64,000 bases of DNA, from NCBI RefSeq assembly GCF_964355755.1, contig NC_092672.1, forward strand, positions 9,114,001 through 9,178,000, written 5' to 3'. Of this stretch, positions 14,123-28,000 are shown in pieces. This stretch comes from Antedon mediterranea (Eukaryota > Animalia > Echinodermata). A program made the position numbers and the translations under genes. The notes under the pieces were generated by a model. It ran no database searches. It saw only the letters and a program-made list of their open reading frames with translations, and had not been told where the DNA came from. How positions within the stretch are numbered: position 1 is the stretch's first letter; each line of letters begins with the position of its first letter.

Positions 14123-14629
14123 GTTATTAATTCCGGTATGGTAGTGTTTGACAGTTCGGAAAGTTATTTCTGACAGTGAATAAAACATTCCCGTATAGCG
14201 ATAGATTTCTGGTTTTTTTTTTGCATTTTACTACATTATGATTAGGCCTAATGATTATAATTAATTTTATAGATCTACTGTTCCAGATTATTTCAGCTCA
14301 TTACCTCTATCAAGCTGGTACTAAAACGAGTTTTAAAAAGGGCAAAACTTTTCAGATCATTTTTAACATTTTATTTAATTCATATGGTCGCAGGATACCT
14401 TAAGGTAGACTCCATAAAGTTTATCACAGATAGCTGTATATTCCACCTCGTTAAATAGAGCATTCAATCTTTCTCAACTCATGAAATATTCTCTACCATC
14501 CAACTCATAGACATTTATTATTGATATACTAGACACAATTGATAGATAGATTGAATGTATAAGCCTACATTAAAAAATATTTACATTTTTTATTTAATTA
14601 AGTTTAACCGTGACCAGCGTTCATTTAAT

Positions 14630-14875
14630 TCAGGTGCCGACTTCGCTCCTCTAATGATCCCACCCGACTTTTCGATCTAATCGGAAAGCTGGTGACAATG
14701 CTTTTTCTGTCGCCGCTCCGCGGATCTGGAACCTTCATTTGAGAGGAGCGAATTCGGCACCTCTATTTAAACGTCAACTTAAAACTTTTCTTTTTAATTA
14801 ATTACTAAGTATTGTTAGGCGTTCTGTTCTTTGTAGAGTGCCATATAAAAAACTATAGAAGAGAATAGAATGAAT
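14630..14875 (+). mobile_element. 3' fragment of an L2/CR1-type LINE
   Basis: Translates to RSNRKAGDNAFSVAAPRIWNL...FKRQLKTFLF, the typical L2/CR1 ORF2 C-terminus, followed by a short 3' tail. Confidence 0.7.
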
Positions 14876-17356
14876 ATGTGTAATGCTGTTTTATTACCTT
14901 ACTTTTATTATTGCTATTAAATGTATTCATATTATAGTACTGGTATATAAAAGCTGTAGCTTAAACCTGAAAGTACAATAATAATCTAATCTATAATCGG
15001 AAAATTGAATATAGTTAAATGTACTTTTAGGCCTATACTTTTTATTGTGTTCATTTATTGAAGTTACTTTCATTATACTGTTATTGATTATAGTTATGCG
15101 CGTAGTAAACATGGTGCGATCGATTTCTTCATTTTTACGGAGTAAAGAGAAACTCAAGTATGCTTAGACTTTCCCGAGTGAACAAAATATGGACAATGCC
15201 AAAAGTTAGTTAGTAGAAAGCTTATGTGTGGATGTTTGTGTTAAAGTAACAATCGGCAGTTTCAACCACTAAAGAGAACATTGTAAAAGTTCATTATTTA
15301 AGAACGACTATATTATTCGTAATGTTTACTAATCCAAAAATCCAAAATCTTCTTGAAACAAAAGACATAGGCCTAATTGTTTTAAAAGGCTAACATTTTA
15401 GACAACGATAAGTACAATGTGGCACAACTGGCGCACTTTTCTTTTAACTTTTTCTTGTGTCTATTGTATAGCTTGATATGGATTATTTAGGCATAATATT
15501 ACTGAGAAATAAGTCATAAAAATAATAAAATTGATTTACGTATTGATGTATACGATGTTGTAAAAGAAAGCTTTCACTACCGTAGTATTTATACATCGGC
15601 GATGGAAACGACAATTTTACAAGCTGTTGTATGTCTGTCTCTTTTCCGTCTCGCAAGTGCCGTTGTGACATGCCCCAATACGGAAACAAATGCCATCTAC
15701 CATGGTCGCAAGCACTGGACAATTCCAGATGCTATGACTACTTACAACGATACTGACTTGACGAGTTGTTCAGTGTTGTGTCGTCAAGACACTAAATGTA
15801 AATCGTTCGCGGTTGCTGAAGACACCTGCACGCTGTATTCGATACAGGTGGGCAAGAATACCAGGAAGCTTGTTAAAGATATAAAGTCGGTGCATTTTGA
15901 TGGTCTACAAGTAACACCTACACAGCAGGTTGGTCTGTTATTTTTCTTTTATCGTAATACTACTAACAGCCGTACAAAAATGTACTTGTAGTAACTTCCA
16001 GTTAATCAGTAAACTTTACACTTACATATGTTACACTTCTGTTTGATCATCATTTAAAATGTTTATTCATAATCATTCTATAATTATATATATATTTTAT
16101 GTTCCACTTAGCTAAGACCCTAAGTCCAGCTTCTTAAACATCATCAATTAGGCATACTGTGTGAAATGTATAATACTAAATATAAATGATAGAAGACATT
16201 TTTCCTTTAAAATGAAGTTCATAAATAATATGTTTACCGTGAATTTCATACTGAATTTAGATATAGGGGAATTTGGAATTAGAAGACGCTTCGGGATGTA
16301 AATTCCTTTTGGACATTTTTAGGGCTATCTCTGTTTTGTACTTTTGTGTTGGTATCGAAATAAATCAAATCAAACATAATAATATTATTTTTAGCGGTAT
16401 AAAACATGCCTTTATTATTGTCAATTCAATTTTTGGAGTAATTATTAATTAAGGTTTTCTTTATTAGTTAATAGGTAACATTGCTTTGATTCCATACTGT
16501 TGATTTTGCTCTTCAGAGTTGTTTAGGGACATGTTCAACGGGGAACTTGTGTCAGAATGGAGCAAGTTGCGTTAACGATTGCAGTGGCAGAGGTTACAGT
16601 TGTATATGTACGGTGAGGTTCAGAGGCAGTAACTTTGAATATGGTAAGTAGATAAATTGGATAGATTGTGTGTACACTTCTTCATTTAAATGGTGTGTGT
16701 GTCTGTAAACGTGTTGACAAATGGTGTGTGATTATTGGAAAAGAACACAATCATTTAACACACATAATAAGTTTGTGTATAATTCGATATTTAACTAAAA
16801 AATCTCACTTGGTATATATTTTCTTCTAGCATTGGCAAATAGACTGAGTTTCCAAGCAACTATTCCACTCGATGATCCTAACCGTTTAAGTCATTTCTGG
16901 TCTGAAGATAGACTTTACATTGTTACCCGCAATTTGTAAGTATAAACAGATAAAAAACAACCTCTGTAACACACCTAAATTAATACGTTATTGACATTTG
17001 AATCATACATTGTTTTGCCCATTGTTATTGAACGTAGGCTACGTATGAAGGTAGCCCTACTAAGCTTGGTTCCCACTAGCAACGCAACGCAACATACGCA
17101 ACGTAAGAAAATGCCCTTCCAATAATTGTATTTGCCCCTGCCTGAAATCAAACCTACGATGTTTGCAGCACTGTTGCGTCGTCGGTTCCCACCTGTGATT
17201 ACGCAATACAGCACTTTGGGTCAATACGTCGTTGCGTTTCGTTACGTTGCGTCGCTAGTGCGAACCACGCATTACAGTACAGTATATTGCACGAATACAA
17301 ACATGTATGACGACGTGTGTAACTTTTATACTCCGTGTTGAGCTTACTTTCAATCA

Positions 17357-18070
17357 AGGTAATCTAACAACAAGGCGAACTCAGATTTGTATCACTTACT
17401 AACGTAACATTAACCACTTAAGCTTGGTTCCCACTAGAACGTAACGCAAGGACGTAAACGCAACGCAAGCGTTTTAACCAATCACAAGCGATGGCTTATT
17501 CGCTTGTGATTTCTAACTGTCTATAACTTCGCTTGTCATTGGTTCAAGCTTTAGCGGTTGATTTTTGTTACGTAAAGCGTGGTTCAACGCAGCGACGTAT
17601 TGAAGTGATGTATTGCGTAATCACAAGTGGGAACCGACGACGCAACAATGCTGCAAAAATCGCAGGTTTGATTCCACGCAGGCGGGGGCAAACACAATTA
17701 TTGGACGGGTATTTTCTTACGTTGCGTAGGTTGCGTTACGTTGCGTCGCTAGTGGGAACCAAGCTTTAGTGGTTAATATTAAATTAGTTGATTTTTGTTA
17801 TGTTAGTAGTTAATGTTACATTAGTGGTTTATTTTTGTGATGTTAGTGGTTAATGTTATATTAATGGTTGATTGTTACGTTAGTGGGTGATACAACACTG
17901 AGTTCGTCTAGATAAGAACTCCTTTGTTCATCTTATGTGTGGCTTCGACAAATACCAACAGAACTGTACTATTTACGAGCGGTGTGTGTTAAGGGACGTG
18001 GAACTGATTGTGTCGCAGTCACAGATAAACCCTTTGATCTCTGGAACTCGGCATCTTGTTAGATTGCCAT
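17357..18070. mobile_element. TIR element hosting the family-B MITE; an inverted relative lies at 20589-20845
   Basis: Ends aggtaatctaaca ... tgttagattgcc. The internal cacagataaaccctttgatctctgg is reverse-complemented near 20615-20640. Confidence 0.55.
17418..17768. mobile_element. MITE family B (TIR agcttggttcccactag); other copies at 17062-17270, 25998-26178, 62315-62467
   Basis: tta-agcttggttcccactag...aacgcaacgca...ctagtgggaaccaagct-tta; nested inside another IR element. Confidence 0.75.
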
Positions 18071-21000
18071 GTTTCAATCAAATACTCTTCCATATGTTAT
18101 CTTGTCTACTTATGAAATTATAATTATATAATAGTTCAGCTAAAATCTTTGACGATTAAATAAATGGCAGATTGATTGAATACAATATTAATGTTTTGTA
18201 TTCGTAATAGTGAAAGAATTTCCATTGGATGAAGATCAGAACTATTGACTATTATTTTCATGTTGTGGGTATTGGTGAACTACCCGCTTTTCTAATAATA
18301 ATTGTACTTGTTTTTTGTGCAGAGGATCACCTTTATGTGTTTAATTATGACGTGCAGATGTCTACGTATGAGCAGATCCAGTTCATAGCAGACAGTCTAG
18401 TGTGGCAGGTTAAAGTATTTACTGTGGACGATGATGTGTATGTTTCAAAAGGAAAAGGTTTTCTACAGATCCAATGCACGTGTACCGCTTCAATCCAGAA
18501 ACTGGTAATAATTACTTTGATATAACATAACACTAGGATTTAGATTCTTTTAAATCCATAAAATACTGAGGCGACTAATTCATGCTTTGATTTATAGTAG
18601 TACAGTAGTTAGTTGACTTATTGTGGTTAGTTATTGTGTGTTAATGCCACACCACCACACCCACCCACCCTCTGTTAGCAGACACATTTGGGAGTGAGAG
18701 AGAGAAACATTCTTTAGAAATTTCAAACTCTTCTCTTTCAGACCTTTAGACCTAATTCTTTTTATTGACAGCAGTAGGAAGACTAACTATTATGTTTGCA
18801 TGGCTATGCCTTATTATATTTAAAAGGAGAGAACTTTTAAATGTACTACTATTGTAACTACACAACGTTTATATACTACTTATATTAATATATTATTGTT
18901 TTAAAGAACAACTTGAGGATAGATTTTCAGTAGAATGTGGGCATTGCTCGACATCGTTTCTTCAAGATAGTAGAGGAGACTCAAGTTTGTTCGTTGCCCG
19001 ATTTCAAAATCCAGACAAAACTACAAACTCCGAAATGTATTCATTTACAAGAGATGGCATCGGTGAAGAATATAGTCAGGTAAGTTGTTCAATTCTACAT
19101 TAAAATAGGCCCTACATTGATTTCGATCTTCTTTTTCGCAACTAAACCATACACCAAAAATTGCTGATTTTTTAGTTTAGTACTGAATCCAAAGTGGTCA
19201 CATGGATATATAGAACCGACAAAATCGGTTACATGAATTGACAAAGTTACAAGATTCAAACGCACCAACATAACTTAACATGATATCATAGGTCATCTGT
19301 TCTTGGTCATCGCAAATCAAAATATCCCTATTTTTTTCATCAAATATAGCTAAACAAAATTCATTAAGAAAATTCATATCCACAGGTCTTTATTTTTTTT
19401 GTATAATTATTGACTTTATTTTTATAGGCCTACAGATATAATATTATTCGAAACATAGTTATAGTATTAAACCTGATGTGGCTTATGGGGAAATATTATA
19501 GTCTGGGGGTCAATTTTAGTGTTTTTAACATCCTAAAACTATTTGTTATTGTTTCTTCGTAATAAAGTTAATTGAAACAAATGGAGTGGCAGATTCGAAC
19601 ATGTTTGAAATGGACGGAAGTAACTATCTAGTATTGCCACATACAGCCAATACAGCTGGTAATACCAAAGACACGTTGATATATCGGCAACGTCACGATT
19701 ACGGTAAGAAAGCGTTTTTTTAAAATCGCCTTGCATTGATAAATATTGCAGACAGAGGTAAAAAATGAACTTGTTTTAATTTAAAAATATCACGTCATAC
19801 TGTAGATGAAAGGTTTCTAATATATATTTGTGGTAATCGTTTTTAAGAAATGGAATACTAGTTTGTGTACACGTTGAAATAGTTACCGTTTTATAATGTG
19901 AGGCCAATTGAAACTGATAAAGATGATGATGTAATCTAATAAAATGATAAAACGATATAAATAGAAGATCAATGAGGCTAATTTTAATATAATGTGTAAT
20001 TTTCAATGATTAATTTATGTGATGTAGGCCTATGACTTTATCAATTTTTACATATTTTGATGTGTTTTTTATTTTTATTTTTATATATATTTATATTACA
20101 TTCTTTCAATAAACAAACGTTAAAAATATTAATGGTATGTTTTTATTTATTATTTCGTTTATTTTAGGAAGACCAGCAACGGCATCGGTGTTCGCAATTA
20201 TTCATTCTAAATGAAGGTAAGCGAGTTTAACTTTTAATATAGTAAATTGTTCTGATCCGCATCAACAAATCTGAGTTCCACTTTTTTTTCCATGGCACAT
20301 GCTTTATACACCTAAGATGGAACTGTGAATGTTTTTGTATATTTGTTGAAAAATGTAATGTTATACAATCATCATTATTAAATTACCTTAATTATGTTAT
20401 TCTTTTGGTTTATAATTAAAGTAACATAATAACTTTTTTTTTACTTTCTATCATACGTATTTAAGCCAACGGTAAAGTATGTTTAGTTTATGTTACATGC
20501 ATTTTTACTAAGTATATGTAAACTATTTTTGTTTTTCTTGTAATAATGTGATACTCCTGGTCCGAACTTAAGTGTTAGTTTCTCTAAGACAATCTAACAC
20601 CAATATGCTGAGCCCCAGAGATCAAAAGGTTTATCTGTGGTTGCGATCAATTCCACACCTTCTAACTCTTTGACTGATTTTCGATTGGTCAATTGGCTTC
20701 CTAAATCTTTGGTTAACAGACACCGCGCCGCAGTTGAGAATATGTATACAGTTGGTATTTGTCGCAGCCAGACATAAGATCAAAGTACTTCTACAAGTGC
20801 CTATCTTGGCAAGCCGAGCTCAGCGTCCTGTTGTTAGGTTACCTTAGTTTCTCTCTTACAGTAATATCTTACTAAATAGAAACTAAAGAATGTTTGATTG
20901 GTGACTCGTTTTTGTTTTGTTTTGTCAAAATAATTTTAGTTTCGCACTTTTTAGTGTATATTTAAAATACAGTCTTTCATGAAAAATAACATTACACATT

Positions 21001-21410
21001 ATTACACACTTAGATTTATAGTTTAAAAACGACTACTTTTTTGGAAAGGCTATTAGGCATACTTTATTAAATGTAAAGATTTTGTTTTTGTTCATGAATC
21101 AATCAAACAATTATTCTAATTTTGCTGTAATTCTATATTTTTTATAGTGCAGTATCACTGTTATGGCAAAAATACATATTATCTTATTTTAAAAAAAGAC
21201 TATTTTAATAAAATTCTTACAGATTGGAAACTTGTATTCAAAGCTGTTTCTGGTGTTAATAACGTTGACCTGTATGATTTGTGGAGCACAGCAGGATCAA
21301 GGAATGAAGGAAACCAAGATGCCATGAAGCTTGATGATTCCTTTAGAGACCATTACAAAAGCAGCCTAGTTGACGCCTGGAACATGGTTTCCAAAGCAAG
21401 TTTGCTATAG

Positions 21411-21456
<46 letters not shown>

Positions 21457-22439
21457 TGTACTACTGTAGTAGGTATATTACAATGTATATTTCGATATTG
21501 TTGTTTATGTAGTTCTTATCGACTCATACCGCGATAATGAGGCTGATAGAGCACTTTCCGGGTACATTTTGAAGTCACCTGGTGTAACAGCCTGGGATTG
21601 TCTTGACCTGTGCCGTGGTTTGGATTACAAATATGCTGGTATTAATAATAAGCACACCGAGTGTTATTGTGGCGACAGTGGTTATGCTTCAGGCGGAACA
21701 GCATCTTTCGTTGAACGTTCTCAATCTGAAACAACACTTATGATGAACACAGGTATACCACATAAAATGAATTTCATTGAAATGTACAGATCCAATATAG
21801 ACCTTTGGAATTAGAAAGATACAGGTTAAGGACATTGTGGAAAAACTTTTTTATTTATAATATTACCATTAAATTTCGGAATATTGCTTTATGTTGGTCA
21901 ACCTCATTTTTTTATTACGTAACTTTACCGGTGATTTTAAACCGTCCCACAATGCATCGTTTTAAAGGTCTTTCACTATAATTTTCTATGGGTATGACTT
22001 TAAGTTCTTCCTTCTGAGAAAACTCCAACATGGTATATCGTTGCTTTTCTAATAATTATACTATCTCATTTACATTTTCAGTTCAACCATGGAAATTACA
22101 TCAAACTATTCGGACACAAATTTTCCTAAAACGACAGATTCTTTTGAACATAACGGAAATTACTATATAATTGTACAAAGTACAAAAGACAGTGAAGCAC
22201 GGCCACTACACACTCATGTATATAAATATAGAAAATCAACCGAGCTTTTTGAACGACATCAATTCACAGATAGTCCATACGGTTTCGGCACATTTACACT
22301 AGTAGAGGTAATGTATGTCATAATATATTTACATTGTTAGTCATAGTAATGTATTATTAATAATTCGATGGAATAAGAAAGAATAAATCCTTCTCCCTGG
22401 CTTATAACTTTCTACAGACATTTTTTTTCATTATTTCTA

Positions 22440-23110
22440 AACTAATTCCTCCACAAATTCCTTCAATGATTCCTTCACTAATTCCTTCGCTAATTCCTCC
22501 ACTAATTTCTCACTAATTTATCTACTAATTCATCGACTAGTTCCTCTACTAATTATTCGACTAACTACAGTACTTCACTAATTCTTTGAATACTTCCTTC
22601 ACTAATTTCTCTACTATCTTCCACTAATTCTTCCACTACCTCTTTCACTAATTCTTCCACTATTTTCTTCACTAATTTCTCTACTAATTCCTCCATTGAT
22701 TATTCCACTACCTCCTTCACTAATTCCTAAACTAACTCCTCAACTAATTCCTCAACTAAATCCTCGACTAATTACTCAACTAATTTCTCTCCTAATTCCT
22801 TCCCTAATTCCTTTACTAATTCCTCGACTAATTCCTTAACTAACTTCTCGAATAACTACTCCACTAATTCATTCACTAATTCCATCTCTAATTCCTTTCG
22901 ACTAATTCCTCAACTAACTCCTCGACTAAATACTCCACTAATTCCTCTAATAATTCCTTCACTAATTTCTCTAATAATTTCGCCTCTAATTCCTCTACTA
23001 TTTCTTCACTAATTCATCAACAAATTTTTGTACTATTTCCTCCGCGATATATTTCTACGCTATTTTTTCACGTATTCCCTCCACTAATCCTTCTATCATT
23101 TCTCTACTAC
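22440..23110. repeat. Degenerate 12-bp minisatellite (ttcctccactaa)n
   Basis: Direct inspection. Confidence 0.85.
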
Positions 23111-25056
23111 AGTATTTAATCCACTTTTTCTTCAAAGAATTCCTCACATAATTTCTCTTTGAGTTTATTCTAATCTCAGATTTTCCCATGCAGTGCATGC
23201 TTTTGATATAACTATATAGAATAAGCCAGCTAAATTTCAGCATCCAATACACACGAAATTTTAAATTCTTTGTTATGCTTGAATTTTCATAATTTATTAA
23301 AGTATGATTATTTACAGGCTTACAGACAATGGTACTTGATATTGCCACCGCGTGAAGACATTGCAACCAATGGTATCAGTGGCCTAAAGGCAGTTTTCTA
23401 TCGGTTAGAGGGAAATTACTTCATAAAGCATTTTGAGAAGGATACTTGTAGTAGTTATGGATGGGGTAGCTTTTCTGTGAATAATGACGTGTATATCATT
23501 GAGGGCAACAGATATGGGGAGCCATGTACTTCGCCTAATTCAAACGGCAATTTGAAGATATATAAATGGATATAACGTCATTTTGAACTTAGTAGACTAG
23601 GTTCTGGGTCTCACGATACCGGTGTGGAGAAGAACAAAACATAATCAAGCCCAGATTTGTTGTTTTTCTAATTGTATATTTTGTCATGTTATCAAAATTA
23701 AAATGTTTAAACTCAACCTAAAAATAACTCGCGAGGAAGTATCATTCTCTGATTCTGAGTATTATTTTGTTTTGTTTAAGTTTGTCTTTCTTTTTCTTTA
23801 ATTTGTTTTTGTTTCTGTTCTTTAAATTTTCAATGCCGTTTTTTTTTTTTTCTAATTTCTTTTCTTTGTTTTTTTTCTTTTTAATTGTTAAGTTTGTTTA
23901 ACAGTCGAATTAAATTGTAAATAAAGACAGCTAGCTATTTTTTAATTTCTCATAACATATCTCATCAACGTCTTTTTCTTTTTTTCGTTTTTTTTTATGT
24001 TTCGTTATTTTCTAAATTATGTTTGCCTTTAAAAAAAATCAAATTAGATTACAAACACCGACAACTAGTCATTGACATCTCTCCTATGTATTTTTTTTTC
24101 TGTTTATCTATTTCTATCTTTATTATTTTTATTTTCTTTCTTTACATTTTTTTTTATTTTTTTATTTTTTAATTCCGTTAAAAAAGTAATTTTAATCGTA
24201 AATAGCCATTGCTAATTTCTTATAACAAAAGTTATCTCTCCCATGTTTTATGTGTATTTTTAAATAGTGACAAAGATTGTAGTGGGGAGAATATTTTGAG
24301 TTAAGGTAATAATAGGAGTTATGTGCTATATAGTATGGATATGTAGCCGTGAAACTGTATAATGCCTTATTTTACAAACCTGATGTTTTCTATGACAGAC
24401 ATTTGTTAGTTATGCATTTTGTGAGGACTATAATAGAGCCTGCTATACGCTTTATATTATACATTGATATTTCTTATTTCATTGTTCTTTGTAGTACCAA
24501 ATAATGATCAATAATGTATTGATTATACTGAGCTGTACTAGTAAAAAAGTGTTAACGAATTTCAATATTGGTATAGTTACATTTAGAGAAAACAGATCGA
24601 TATGTTCACTTGAATGAATAAAGCTATGTCTACGACACTATCAAACTAATGCCAAATATGGTAGTAATGTGCCAAAATATGGTAGTAATATGACATCATC
24701 TCATCCATGAGTACATCACATTTTGCTGTCACATAAAGTCTGATAGTGTAAACAGGGCTTTAGACTTTTATAGAAAACTGGTGTGCCATAGCAGGACTAC
24801 ACATTAGATGACAACATCGAACTCGCACTCTTGAACATACGATATTATGTATGGATTATTAAGTATGGATTCCAAATTTTTCCACGACACAAATAGATTG
24901 AAATATTAATACGCATGCGCATTAGTGAATTCGGCTAGTGGAAAGCCGGCTTAAGATATAGGGTAAAAAAAGTCATGCGAGATAATAATTGATTTATTAA
25001 TTGATTACGCACGAACGTTAGGCTTTCAGATATTATTATATATTGCAATTTCTACG

Positions 25057-28000
25057 ATGGCGATGGAAACGACAATTTTCCAAGCTGTTATATGTCTGTT
25101 TCTTTTCCGTCTTACAAGTGCCGTGGTAATATGCCCCAATACAGAAACAAATGCTATCTATCATGGTCGCCAGCACTGGAAAATTCCAGATACCATGACT
25201 ACTTACAACGACACTGACTTGGCGAGTTGTTCAGTGTTTTGTCGTCAAGACACTAACTGTAAATCGTTCGCGGTTGCTGAAAACACCTGTATGTTGTATT
25301 CGATCCAGGTGGGCAAGAATACCAGGAAGCTTGTTAAAGATATAAAGTCGGTGCATTTTGATGGCGTACAAGTAACACCTAAAATTGAGGTAGGTTTAGT
25401 TGTGGTGTTTCTTATCTTTCTGTCTAACACTCTTTCGGTTTAGTAATATGGAAGCTACGTTGTATCCTGTTCTTACCATTTAAGCCCAGTCCGGTGCTTG
25501 CTCATGATCATCACTCGAGTTTAACATTATATGCTTTGTACAAGCTGCTTGGATTTAAACTTTTTTAAACAGTACTGTGACATTTCAAATGAAGATTAAG
25601 GTAAAGTACGTGCTTCGGATATCTTAGATTTTCAAAAGTTCCATCCAATGTAATAGGCTTACAACAATAAAATCCAGCTTAAAAAAACCCCGAAAATACC
25701 GTTTATTGTAAAATAAAATGTTTTAAACTAATAATAAACGTCATCAAATCTGCTTAGAAAACTTACTATGATTTTAGGCTAGTTGCTTTTATTGGACGAG
25801 TAAAGATATATTATCCTTGTTTTATTTGTTGCTTTTTTAGAGTCGTTTTGGAACATGTTCAGTGGGGAACTTGTGTGAGAATGGAGCAAGCTGCGTTAAC
25901 GACTGTAGTGTCAGAGGTTACAGCTGTATTTGTGCAGAGAGTTTCAGAGGAATTAACTGTGAACACAGTAAGTAGATACAAATAATGTGGATACTGAAGT
26001 TTGGTTCTCACTAGAACGTAACGCAAGGACGTAAACGCAACGCAAGCTTTTTAACCAATGACAAGCGAAGTTATAGACAGTTAGCAATCACAAGCGAATA
26101 AGCCATCGCTTGTGATTGGTCAATTCACTTGCGTTGCGTTACGTCCTTATGTTGCGTCGCTACTGGGAACCACGCTTAATTGGCGAACGCTAGATAATTA
26201 CGTTCATGTAGATGTCTTCATGTGAATGATATTCTGTTTTCTTTATTGTATCAAACAACAAACAAACAAACAAACAAACAATCAATACAATGTAGTACTA
26301 TCCAGTCATTACAAAAAAACAATAACAAACTTGACCAGTTCACACCACAATTCACAATGGCTGGGTACATCAAATACTCGCTGCCTATGGAACGCCTCCT
26401 CTGCCTTCAGTTCACAATGGTCATGCAGTACACACCAGTCGTCATGCAGTACACACCAATGGTCATGCAGTACACACCAATGGTCATGCAGTACACACCA
26501 ATGGTCATGCAGTACACACCAATCGTCGTTCACATTTATCATGCAGTACACACCAATGGTCATGCAGTACACACCAATCGTCATGCAGTACACACCAATC
26601 GTCATGCAGTACACACCAATGGTCATGCAGTACACATCAATCGTCATGCAGTACACACCAAACATCATGCAGTACACACCAATCGTCATGCAGTACACAC
26701 CAAACATCATGCAGTACACACCAATGGTCATGCAGTACACATCAATTGTCATGCAGTACACACCAATCGTCATGCAGTGAAATATTGCGTAATTTATACC
26801 GCCACCTATCGACAAAATCGAATATCACGTGACGTTTATTAGACGGCTGTAAAACTAGGCCATCGACTCTAAGATTTCTTTTATGTTTGACATACTGTAC
26901 TTATTTTAACCGCTACACATCTCTGTGAATGCTCTGTTTTTTATATATACAATAATTTATTATGCGAGACACAGGCGCGGCTAGGAGGCCATTGCAATTA
27001 TTGAATTCCATAAAAGAAGTTTAAATAGTCTTAGTTTTACAGCCGTCTAATAAACCTCACGTGATATTCGATTTTGTCGATAGGTGGCGGTATAAATTAC
27101 GCAATATTTGACTGCATGACGATTGGTGTGTACTGCATGACGATTGGTGTGTACTGCATGACAATTGGTGTGTACTGCATGATGATTGGTGTGTACTGCA
27201 TGACGATTGGTGTGTACTGCATGACGATTGGTGTGTACTGCATGATAAATGTGAACGACGATTGGTGTGTACTGCATGACAATTGGTGTGTACTGCATGA
27301 CCATTGGTGTGTACTGCATGACGATTGGTGTGTACTGCATGACGATTGGTGTGTACTGCATGACGATTGGTGTGTACTGCATGATGTTTGGTGTGTACTG
27401 CATGACGATTGGTGTGTACTGCATGATGATTGGTGTGTACTGCATGACCATTGGTGTGTACTGCATGACGATTGGTGTGTACTGCATGACGATTGGTGTG
27501 TACTGCATGATAAATGTGAACTGAAGGCAGAGGAGGCGTTCCATAGCTGCTACCATGTAGTATCCAGTCATTACAAGGTACACAGTAATAAAGAACACTT
27601 AAACCAGCTTGGTGTGTAACCGTCTTTATTCACTCACTCACTATTGTATCTCACTCACAACACTCCCGTGCTGTTCCCTTTATGCTGCACTGCAGCTGTA
27701 CAATAATATTCAAAAATGCTCATCATTCTAGAGGGCGCTATGCCATAATACAACATACAAAAGGTAGCCAAGATATAGCCCGAGCTAATCAAGCTTGGTA
27801 CCTTTTAAAACATCTTAACTAACTTAAGCTACGAAATTAACAAATAATGTACCTGTACACATTGAATATAGGCCCACCGTACGAATGAGTGTTACAGAGG
27901 CAAAAATAGTTATGAGTATACGAGCATATTTATTTATTTAATTCAAACTTATATATTTTTGTGATATAGAATTAACAAATAGACTGAGTCTTCAAGCAAC

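Larger units (their letters stand above)
15602..23575 (+). pseudogene. Array copy 2: disabled paralog lacking Kringle and two domain-X exons
   Basis: Exons 15602-15928, 16517-16643, 16830-16935, 18323-18504, 18907-19079, 19568-19703, 20168-20216, 20466-20471, 21223-21395, 21513-21752, 22082-22307, 23318-23575. Lesions relative to paralogs: last EGF Cys to Phe (aac ttt gaa), 8-nt and 1-nt deletions in 18323-18504, 1-nt insertion in 20168-20216, GC donor at 21396, domain-X exons 2-3 missing, 1-nt deletion near 22110. Confidence 0.8.

Noticed and set aside
26222-27619. MQYTP-repeat ORFs and a CRISPR-like appearance
   Set aside because: These are 21-bp tandem repeats without unique spacers, in the arms of a foldback element, in a eukaryotic context with no cas genes.
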